Positions 12,101 to 24,100 of a DNA stretch of 64,000 nucleotides are shown one piece after another. The position numbers and the translations under genes were made by a program. The notes beneath the pieces are model-generated. The model did not search any database. It saw only the letters and a program-made list of their open reading frames with translations, and was not told the origin of the DNA. Source of the DNA: Botryllus schlosseri (taxonomy: Eukaryota). The stretch spans positions 11,594,001-11,658,000 of the forward strand of contig CM119381.1 of NCBI GenBank assembly GCA_051294905.1, given 5' to 3'. How positions within the stretch are numbered: the first letter of the stretch is position 1; every line of letters starts with the position of its first letter.

Positions 12101-15100
12101 TCACCGTCGAGTCATGCTCGAGTCCAACTTAGCTAGTAGAGGCCCGAGTCCAAGTCAATATGTGCAGTTCTGCAGTTTATTTATTGACGAGAATTATAGT
12201 TTCTATACCAATTTTCACTGTTGAAGCCTTGAAACCTTGATTGGCGGTATCGTAGCAAACGAAACATATCGTACAAAGTTACAAAGGTTACTGGACATAG
12301 CACATTTCCGAAGTCATGATTATCCCACAACGTTGTCACCAAGTGGAATTAAATCGGTATTGTCGAAAAAATACCAAAGTATCATTTATGAGATGGATAA
12401 CAGGCATTATATTCTATGTGGTGGCATAAACGGTACATATTTGAACTTTGAACCGTTATCACATCATAATGGGTGCTACTCGATTACTCGACTTGGAGCA
12501 TATTACGTGATTCAGAATCGAATCACTGAGGTACTCGATTTTGCCCAGCCCTACTCGTGTCATTACAACGCGGCCTTAAAGATAGAAATTTCGAACGTGT
12601 GTCCACAATTTTTTTTTTCGCTTCCAAGCATTTTGTCCGAATAAAGAGGTGTCTTAATAAGCCTCCGCGGATTCCACAGTATAGGAAGTTATTGTGACTA
12701 TTCGTATTTTGTAATTCAATAATTACCGGCAGGCCCTATGTGTTTTTCCAGGAGCAGGATGTCAGCAATTGCCAATTTGCGAGCGTCGGAAAAGTTGGAC
12801 AAAGAAGATGCGGAAAAAATCCGCGATCGCCGTGGAAAACGGGTTTCATTCCCAAATCTTGAAGCTCTAGAAAGGAGCTCACAGGAGGATGATGATTGGA
12901 AATCAGGCACAAAAGATGATACTTCAGATCAAGATTCGCAGAGTGTTACAAGCAGGTACGCCTTTACATTGCTGGAATTTGTGGTCGATCTAGTTAATTG
13001 TTGTCACTGTCTGGAATTTGATGTCTAGAAAGCGTTATTATTCATGGCTAGCCTAATTGGCAGTCAGCGCACTACACTAGTAAATTATCGGTAACTGTTG
13101 TGTCACGTTGAAATTTCTTTTTTATAATGGAGTGACAGAGGAAGGAACTTTTGGAAAACCCCTTCTCAGAGTTGTAACCAAGTCACAAGTCAATCTCAGT
13201 TTTATAGTTTTGACTCAAGTCAAGACATTTTCAATTTTCCACTAAATCAAGTACGAGTTCAAGTCGATGAGTAGAAGCTCGAGTCCGAGTCAAGTTATTG
13301 TGTTTACGGTTCAGTTTATGAGTTCATTCCGGTTCACCCACTTTTTTCAACTCTGCTCGAGTGATATAGAATGGCTCGCATTCATAATATGGTAAATTTC
13401 CTCAGTTTCTTGGCTTATTTTCCAAGTATCAGGACAGGACTGATAGACGAAATACCCATAACGTAGTAACTTTACTACACTTCCAAGTCATAATGACTCG
13501 AGTACAAGTCGAGTCATTACAGAAATTGACTCGAGTCGAATCATTTTACGCATTTGAAAAAATGACTCGAGTCATTTCACCGAATCGTGACTCGAGTTGA
13601 GTCATGACTCGAGTGATTGCAACACTGTTCCTTCTAAAATCATAATAAGATAGCAACCTTTCTAGCGCTACTAGTGCACATTGTCGTTCAATGGTGATCT
13701 TGGCGAAATATTTGTTGACACCAATTTCAAGAAGTTTGGCGTCTGTGAGCTTGAATATTTTATGCTGGATCCATTGATTGCACTGAAGCAGTCAGGTATT
13801 CCATTCAAGTGTATGGGGAATGTGTTCAATCTATCTTCCAACCTTACATTATTTTGCATCTGTCAAGTTTTTAGTCAAGAATCAAACTTTTTCCAATTTG
13901 TAGGCCTACTTATGTGAGATGCGTTCCATGCCTTATCGTTGTAACCAATCCAAATATATCCACTTTCTTTCCAGTGCATCTCGGAAATCATCAAAAGCCA
14001 TGGAAACGAAGCCAATTGTTATACTGTCGCCCACCAAGCCTGAGTTTGAGAATGGAATTCAAGATCTGCTCGACACGTTTGAAAGTGTTGTATCTGGCGT
14101 ACGTTTTCTACCGATATATTTTAATATGAAAAATGCGTTCACTAAACAGTGCCGTGTACAATAACATGCAAATTATTGCTTGAAATTTATCAGATGTGTA
14201 GTTAGATGTGTATTGCGGACTTGTAGATTTTCGCCAAGGCTTGAAGATTAGTGTAACTGTTCCTCGGGCTAGCGCAGAACCATTTGACTAGAATGACAAA
14301 TTCATATATTATGTAACCTAATCTTCTCGAGCTGACAATTGTCGGGATTGGGTGTCAGCCTCGAATAATACGGTGATTCAATAACAACATAACTCACCCT
14401 CCATCAAGTCCTGAATATTGATATCGATAGCTTTCAGATACAGTCAGGCCTTGGCTGATATTTCCTGGCGAGGTTTCACTATTTAACTTGGTTATAGGCA
14501 TTGTTGTTGAAACAAGTATTCCAATCTATGCATATTTTATAGATAAACATAACACTTGAAAAGTGTCATCTTGGAAATCCTCATGTTGAATGAGTGCGAA
14601 TGAATGATAATATTGATGTTTCCCGCTTTCATTTTTAATGGAGTTAATTAAATAGATAAATTTAATTTTAGGTGCAAGCATGTTCGCATGATCCCACACT
14701 TTTTGAATTCACTCGCGCCCCGGAATTTGATCTCCGTTTGAATATCGATGAAGAAGAAGAGGCAATGGAAGAAGAAACCCGTCGACCGTGGCCTGATCTC
14801 GAATTACTTTTAGGGGAAGATAACGAATATATCGACAATGTTGAAGAAATGATAAAACTTGTTGTGGCGTCTGTCGATCAAGTGCACGAGTATTCAACCA
14901 AATTTCTGAAGTAATTTCATATTGTTTGGAATATTACTGATAGTCATTGTCACGAATCCTTTGAATAATATCATGGAAATGAAACCGTCAATTCATCATG
15001 TTATTTGAATGAATTTATACATTTCACTAAAAGTTTGAAAGTGCAAGATAGGCCTTTCTTCTTCAGTTCTCTGGAAAACCTATCTTATAGCCTACACTGT

Positions 15101-18100
15101 TGCTCATTTGTTGTTAGGTATATTCCGTGAAGATAGTAGGACCTTTTTTCGTAAGCGTTGGCTAGATTAAGCTGCATGCTCCCACTTGTCGTGCCATGTA
15201 TTCAAATACTTTATTCTTCAATTCTCTCAAAAGATGAGTCATTTTAGTGCAGCTTCTTTCAAGTGGTATGATGTCGATGTAGCAGTCGCTTTCAGAGAGC
15301 ATACCATTTTGAAATGCAACGCATATACCACTAAACATTTCTCAATCTTTCCATACTGTGATGGAAGTGATCAGTATTCTATTTCTTAAGATACTGTGGA
15401 ATGGTAGAGAAGTCCAGAAGCGTCGATGTTCATGCGTTGCTCGCCGAATATGACTGGGGCCCTGACGAATTTTCAACCGTTCTTGCACAACATACTGACA
15501 TGCTTCGTGAAATGCGTCAGATGGAACCGCGGAGACGATTAGGACTGCTGCACGTTGATACCAAACCGTTTTACAACGCTTCCCTCCCATTTCCTCGGGT
15601 ATATTCTTGTATTATTGTATCATAATTCAATTGCCGACAGGTATTCAGGCAGAGCTCATTTGATTTTAACAGAACGAGTGCATATTAGGATTGTTCAAAG
15701 ATTGGTTGGCTAAAAAAGACGTTGCACCCCAAATTTGGCTCCATTCCCACAAGTAGATGTGAAACTATAGGAGTTCAAAATATTGAAATTATTGTAAAAG
15801 AATTGAAAAACATCTTTTTCAAATTTCAATATATACTCATAAATTCTTGAGTTGTCTGCAAAAACGATGTAACACAAATTTGACACAATTCCAACCCGTA
15901 GAAGCGAAGTTATTTGAGTTTTTCATTGATAGTTCTTGGAATCCCCACCATCCATGCTAATTTTGCAAATCCATAATTTACAACTGCAATAACTTCGCTG
16001 TTAATTGTTGGGAGTGAGCAAAAATTGTTATGCATAGCTATTTCAGACAATTCAAGAATTTCATTGGGTAGACAGTAAAATTTCGAAAAAAAAGTAACTA
16101 TTCCATAATAAATTTAAAATTTTCAAACCCATAGCTTCACGTCTACTAATTGAATCGAGCTCAATTTGGTGCACAACAGTTTTTTAGCCCACCTAACATT
16201 TTTATCAAATAGCTGCAAACTTTTGGAACAAAACGTTATTTTGAAAACCTCCAGTGCATATATAGATAGGTTCTAAAACAGTGGTTCTTTTGAGTGTACA
16301 ATGCAGCCTCCCTGGACTACTTGCTTACGAATTACTTTGTAGAAATGCGTCGTTGAAATGATACAAAAACTACTTATCACTTGAAAATAGTTAGTATGAA
16401 AAAATTGCAACAAAAACAATGAAGTAGAAGTTATATATAAACAATACGACTCGCGTGAATGAAATAAGCAGATGAAACCTACTTTGTGTGCTACTGAAGA
16501 GTAGATATGGTATACGGTATACTTTGTTATCGATAATCTCTAGCTTTTAGGGGGCTATGAAGACATGTAGAGCTTGATTTGAGGGATACATCAAAAAATT
16601 TGGGGGACCACTGGGCTAAAAACTGTAACAGGTTATTTGGAGGGTGAAGTAATGATGTCATGAATGTGATAAGGTGGTGATGAGACAGAAGAAGTGCTGG
16701 TGTGAGTGTCATTGCTGCTTCACACAGTATTTGTAAGAAAATCTTGGATATCACTACCTTGGCACTTTACAGAATGTTGTAAATGCCGTTCATGATCGAT
16801 TACCGGGGATAGCTGTCCATAGAAATGAAGAACTCCTACGAGTGATCCGGGCAGCGTGTCGTAAGCTCGACTCAGAACCAACGTCCGTGGAACATTTTGT
16901 GGAACATCTCACTTTTCTTGCAAGGCTGGAAACGGAAATGGTTACTTTGGAAAAAGAATTCACTGTAGTCAACAGGTATCAAAATTTGTCACCATGAAAC
17001 TGGGACCCGATGATGTAGCTGTTTGAGTGATTTTCGATAAGCAGCTCATGGAAGACTACTGTTTTAGCTTGGGTTGGCCATATTTTTAAGATTCACAGAT
17101 GTACAATTTTGACTGTGGTTTTAGATTGTAGGGATTTTTGCCAGTTTTTCCACTGTATATTCACACACTCACGTGCCGGTCGTGGTTATGCTAATTTTTT
17201 CACCAACATGCTTCACATAAGGCAATATGCAAATTACCTATCTCTCGGTTGGTTGGTTATTAATGATCGGGACATATAGTTATCTACGAAAGGTGTAAAA
17301 GTAGCCTAAACTTTGTATCATATTATCTTTGCAGTTTTATTTTTCTTTGAATACTAGACAATGTGTACAAACATATTCTGTGCTATTTCAGATTATTCGC
17401 AATCATCCGTCAATATTCCATCGATTTGAATCCCGAAGACATCGCTCTCTATCAGACTCTGGTGCCAACATTCCAGCATCTGAAATCGACTGTTTTATTC
17501 TGTCAAGCTCGTAAAGATGAGAATATACTGAAATTCAGCACTGATCTCGACCAACACGTACATGACCTGCGCTATGCACTGTTTGAAATAAAGAATAAGG
17601 TATATTCACTATAAAAGGGTTTGATAACTTGCTATGCTTACGCTACCTTACTTATTTGTTTAACCGGAAGGCACCAGCGGGTTTTTGCGGAAAATTTTGC
17701 TTCACTTTTCAAAAGTGTAAAACACGACCTCAACGGGATGCGAAACAAACGAGTAATATATCTTTAGATTCAGAATTTCAACGCGATATATTACCTGTTG
17801 GTTTCGCATCCCATTGCAGTCGTGTTTTACAGTTTTGAAAAGTGACGTTGCATTAAATAGCCAGGCGTTGTGATTCAACCAGGCACTTTATATATCGAGG
17901 TACAATTTCCTAACAAGGAAAGCTTTCAAATGCTTGATTGTATTTCTGAACTAAGAATTTACTAAATTATTTTTGCAGGTTGCTTCACCAAACCTACTCA
18001 ATGCTGACTTGCTTTCCATTGTTGCGTTGGAGACAATCAAACTGTTAACAGAAGAATTGGAGAATTTATCGAGCAAAGCAAGAAGCTATGCCAATTATCA

Positions 18101-21100
18101 GGACAGATTTGGATCTTCGTACTCGAGCAAAGGAAAAAACATATACTCCGTGTAAGTACAATTCACAGTGTGCAAGTGCAATCGATAGAGAGAGAGCTTC
18201 ACCATTTTCAGCCGCAAGCAGATCTGTACTCTGAAATCTATGTACTATAACCAGACAGTTCCTGAAAGCTAACATCTCCCATGTAATTACACAGTTGCTT
18301 TCTGGCATCTCCAGGAAAGAAGTCAAGAACCTTTTTCATGAAAGGTCTCCAGCTCTAGAACCATGTACACATAAATAGTAGTGGACTATGAGAAATAAGA
18401 AATGCAAGCTACTTAGCGTAGCTGTGTGCTGTTTCTATTTTACAATTGCATTTCAGAGAGGCATTACTTGCCGATAACTCAACAAGCAGCGTCAGTGCAC
18501 AGCAAGTCCAAGCAGATTTATCAGAGGTCGAGAGGGACTTGACTCTGCGGAAATTGCTTTGGGAGTCACAAGATGAATGGGCACGATTGCTGGAAGATTG
18601 GAAGGTAGCCTATATACTGAACTTAAGTAATTCCTCTGACATCAAGTAACATTGAGTGAGAATACTGCTATTCAGTAAGAAGTAGGTACTGTTACATAGC
18701 ATAACCGAAGTACAAGAGAATATTCAAATATCGGACCCACTGATGTGTTATTGATTAACCTCACGAAGTCATTTAGACTTGTTACTTTCTCTTCATCAAA
18801 TTTGCAATTATTTTGATTTCCAGGCTTACTATTCATTGCAGAGTAATTAGTAATGCAAATCTATATTCAAATCAAACTTGCTGGTAGGTTATTCACAATC
18901 ACTGAGACATTATCGATGGTACCAAGATGATTACAGCTAAAATAACTTGACTAATTAGGGATAGAGGTAATTTAAGTATCAATACTATGCATTTCAGTCT
19001 ACTGCATTTCAAAAATTGAACGTGGATGCGCTACAAAAGAATGTCAACAGATTCACCCAAAGCATGTTCATGTTGGAAAAAGGTCTTCCATCAAACGAGA
19101 TTTTACCAAAGTGAGGCAATACAGTATTGTTTGTCATGTATGATTACGTTGATGTTCCACATTAAGCAATAATTAGACTTATTAGAATATGCCTGACCAT
19201 ACCGTCCTAAAAGTTACGCATGTTAAGAATAACTTTGATAACGCCATCAAATTCATTTTACAGACTCAAGCAATCAGTCTTTGATTTCAAACAAGGCGTC
19301 CCTGTGATTGCGGCATTGCACAATCCTTGTCTGAAGCAGCGACATTGGGATCAAATCCAATTTGCTGTCGGAAGGTCAATCATACGAACTTCTGATTTTA
19401 CTCTTGGCGGCTTCTTAGAATTAAGGGTATGCAAGGTTTTTTATTTAAATTTCTACTTCATTAGGTTACTAAGTGCAGAGATGGCAGCGTTATTGAGCGT
19501 CAGGAGTCTCGGTGGTATGTCATGGATTTGAACCATGGCCGGATCAGATCAAAAACTCACCAAGTCATTTCGACTCCTTTCCATGGCTTCATTGTATTGC
19601 AATCTTGTTATGTTTTGGGGTGACTCGAATCAACCTTTTCGTATGACTTGACTTGTCTCGAATCACTTTGGAAAAATGACTTGACCTGACTCGGCGCTCC
19701 AGAAATGTGGATTGACTCATGACTTGAAGCAAAATTTACGAGTCAATTACGAGTCAACGAGTCAAAATTTATGTGTCGAATAAATTACTGCATCTTGTTT
19801 ATCTCTGTTTCTTAGACAGCTCAGTGCTTACACTGCGCAGTGCTCACCTTAACCAACCCTCTTGTATGATTTAAGTCAAACGAATATAGTTTATACATTT
19901 ATATTCTCTAGATGGGTAGTATATTGTACCATATCAGTTTATTTCAACTTCTTTAGTCTTCGTATTCGATCCTCTATTTTGACTCACTTATTTTATTAGC
20001 AGTTCTACTTTTGTGCGATACAACAGGTTATTGCATGTGTATTTAACTTTATATTCGTTATTTGATTCAAGATAAATGACCAATCAATCTGTCTTTCATA
20101 CAGCTAGGAAAATGTAATGACTTTGAACTATCACCAGGCCTGTTTATTTTTGGATATTGGGTTTTATTTTTGGAGATTCTCCAAAAAGAAGATTTGAAAA
20201 CATCCAAAAATAAGCTTTTTTTGGATGATGTTTTTTCAAGTTTTTTAGTGAAATGCACGAGTCAGAGCAGTATAATTACTGTTGAAACAACCAGGAAACT
20301 CACAACCACACAGAAAAACAGCATGTGTGTGCGGGAGGGGGTCTCCAAAACACTAAAAGTACTTCCACTCACTGGAAGGATGAGAGGCGACACCACAAGG
20401 GTTGAAGAGGCGGTATGGTATGAAATCGTGCGAGTGTGGTGCGGGCGGGACCTTGTGACGCAGGCCGAATACCGCCATCTCTACAACAATAACTTCTTCC
20501 ACACGATGATGGGACTGAATGGCTACCTCTAACGGCAACAGGACTTGATCCAGGAAAAGAAAAGTATGTGCCCCAAGTTTGTAGACACATATTGGTTGTC
20601 AACTAAGAAGATGACCACTTGGTTGACTAGACACCGTACCAAACTCCTCGGGGTTATAAACGATAAAAGTCCGGCCTGTGCACCTCCGCTGCAGTAGTGG
20701 ATCCAACTGATCGTTTTCGAGCGCATGGCCACAGAGCTGAGAACCACCGTCACAAAGATTCAGGGACTTGGCCATCTGATCGTGGAGCATCAGGATGAGC
20801 TCCATCGCCTGGTCGAACGCCTTCGAGCTCGGTGCTCAGGACTGGGACAATGACACCCGCGGCAAGGAAGGTCCTCTGGTCATAGGATGCTGGACTGTCA
20901 AGTTCACTGAGTCACGCAATTTCGTGGAGGATCAGAGTGTTCACTGTGCAGTCCTCGACCTTCTCGAGAATATCGACGAAGAAGAGAAGCAGTCCACTTT
21001 CGAGGCAGCCAGGAGCCTTATAGCAGGGCTCATCGACGGCATAAAGAAAATTGAAGTTGCCGACAATGAAGGGGTTCTGCCTTGTCTACCACACCAAGTG

Positions 21101-24100
21101 GTGCAACCTCGTAGGCAGGACAGAACAAACACTTCTTGCTCTTTTAGATTCTAATAATATAAGCAAGAGTGATACATATATGTAAGCTACTTTATTTGCA
21201 GCTCAGTGAATTGATCGACAAACACCCGGGTGGGCTGTCGAGTGACAAGTGGACACCTGAGTAGGTACAGAATATCGAAGACCAATTCCAATCCATGTCT
21301 GTCCGACACAAAATGGACGTCACTTTCAAGCGCATTATTGACGAGCGACAGTTCTTTGGACCCACATGGCTCGATGTTTCCCACAACTGCGACGGTCGAA
21401 GCCGATTTCTCGAAAACCAACTGGTAGAAAGGTCTCTACCGGGCGTCACCCACTGATTTTTATTTGGAGGGCATTCTCCAGGCCAAAGACTTTGTGACGA
21501 AAGTATTAGAAAGTTAGATCAAGATCACTGATGATGTCGATGTGTTGAAGATCATGAATATATGATAATAACATACTTTCGGTGAAGTTTTCTATGTAGT
21601 ATTAGGGCTAAAAACACCTTCATTTCTTATTTTTGGAGATTCTCCAAAAATAAAATTTGAAAACATCCAAAACTAAGCTATTTTTGTTATTTTTGGAGAA
21701 ATCCAAAAATAAACAGGCCTGACTATCACTCATAGCCCACTTTGAAATTTCAATTTGACTTCAATTTTGACTTGACTCGAGTCACCTTCGAAACTGTACT
21801 ACCTACTTTATTGCCAATGAAACTCTCCAATCATAACCAGTGGAATGTATCAGTGATTTACTTTTGTAGATATCGCAACATAAAGATCTTATTTCTGAAA
21901 TATCAACTCAAGCATCAAACGAAGCCACTCTGGAAAATATGCTCTATAAGCTTGTAGACTTATGGAATCAGACCGACTTCAAGTAAGAATGTATACTAAT
22001 ATGAATAAGTCTTTGTATAACCGGAGGCTCTGCACAGACTTGTGTCACATCAATCTGCTGGCAAAACAGTGATGATCATCACTGCAGCGGATGATATTGT
22101 TACTTTGCTGGATGAAAGTCAAGTGACCATTGGCACAATCAGGGGCTCAAGATATGTGAAACCTATCAAGGTATGCATGATTTGTTTTAGCTTACCTATA
22201 CTAATGAATTATCCTGTTCATTTTCAAGTCACATATCAGGCTATTAGTTTGAGCACCAAGTCACGTGGGACCAGGCAAACTATTTCGTCAATGTCTCTGA
22301 TGTCTGGTTGGATACTTTCTAAACACTAATGTAGCTGATTTTCTTATCTTTAATCAATCGCAATAATCACTTGTATCAAATCTCATTGTTGAAGAAATGC
22401 GCCCTTGAATACTCTAACAAGTCCTGTACTTCAACAAAGTAATGCAATTTACCAATATAAGTGCCACTGTGATTGTGGCTACGTGGGAAGAATGTCAGAG
22501 CGTTTGCAGGAATGCTTAAAACAGCATGTCCCCAGATTTACTAGAACACGCGCAATCGCGCATCACACTCGGAGAAAAGCTCACCCTTGACTCATCCCCT
22601 GAAACTTGATGTAGAGCAGTCAAAGGTCGTAAATTCGGCCACTGGCAAACATTTGCTGGATTATCCCGTTTGTGCGACTTTCATTTGTGTGCCTTGGCTC
22701 GGCTTTTACCAGAATACGTCAACCAGGGCTGAAAAAGAGGTTCGTGTATCATCTAAAAATAGTACATTGAACGCTCTCTTATTCGAAATTTCATGTCATT
22801 TTTGATACGATTGTTGATAAACAATGTTCTTTCCAATTCTCTACTAGTTGCTGACGATCACCCCTGACGAGTGTCAGCCGAAAATATTCAGGTTCATTTC
22901 ATTATGAATACTACTCTTCAATCGTATATTGAAGTTCTGTACCTCCAAGAAGCTCTTCTAACAAGTATTTAAGTTGGGAACCAAACTTAAATTCTACACA
23001 AAAATGTCACATGGCACAGAGCCTTCACACCTGGTGTGTCGGTGCACAAGTTACTCTCGGTGGGGGCATTTTAGCACATAATAAATGTTTCTTAGAATCA
23101 AGTGGAGGATTGGGATCGCCGCCTCGGCTTATTTTCTCATACCTTGGATGAATGGATGCAGTGCCAGAGAAACTGGTTGTATCTCGAAGCCATTTTCACT
23201 ACTGCAGATATACAAAGACAGTTACAGAGTGAAGCTAAATCGTTTTTAGAGGTATTTACTTGTTTTTTTCAACTTATGTCAATTACAAGTACTTAATTTA
23301 ATTAGTGCTCAGTCATCTACCGTTTACGTGTGAATTACAAACGAATAGGCTACCAGTACTAATTTGTCTTTAGCAACAGATTTCAGTTTACAGAGGCATA
23401 TATACGAGCTATGGCAGGTAATGATAAATCTCTAAAATTAGTATTGTGAATACATCAAGTAAGTTCGGATTATATGATAGACTTAATCCGGTCAGCAGCG
23501 GATTTGGTCACACTGACAAGATAGCGTATTGGTTAAGCGTCCGGCTTCTTGAGCGGTAGGTCGTGGGTTCGATCCTGGGATAGCATGGAGGGGTGGTGCA
23601 AGACTTAGAAAGCTGTAATAAAAGCTATATCTGCACCTTCCTTGTCCAGCGGCATATGCGCATCGAGTTGGTGTATATGCCACAAAAACATCAAGGACAA
23701 AAATAAACTACGTCCTTTCCATTCCAGTATTTTTCCAATTGATCATTTTTGCACTCAACTTCGGCATTTGCAGTGGTAAAAGATGATGAATTCATATTTT
23801 CGACCCGCCGCAGCATTTCGAATTCAAGGGCCTGTATTGAGTATCTTTTACATAATAGTAATTGCATTTGTAATTGAGTTCCTTGTCTGGCATCGTAGTA
23901 TGTGCTTTTATTTTATTTGGACTGTTTCAATATTGGTGGGTGAATATTAGGGTTGATCAAAAATACCCTTTTTCTCCAATTTTCACGGTTGTTAAGTAAA
24001 ATTGTTAGGTTGGCTAAAAAACGTTGCACACCAAATATGACTCAATTCCGACCAGTAGAGCAAAGTTAGAATAAATTTGTATTCATTATAAAATAAATGA

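Noticed and set aside
12237-12644. 135-aa intronic ORF as a nested gene
   Set aside because: No domain similarity; it overlaps a tactcgat-rich repeat end (cccagcccta)
13167-13627. Regularly recurring gactcgagtc motifs as a CRISPR-like array
   Set aside because: Eukaryotic intron; spacing is irregular and the region is bounded by TIRs and a TSD, so it is a MITE
23515-23590. Functional tRNA gene
   Set aside because: Acceptor and anticodon stems do not pair; treated as a SINE head
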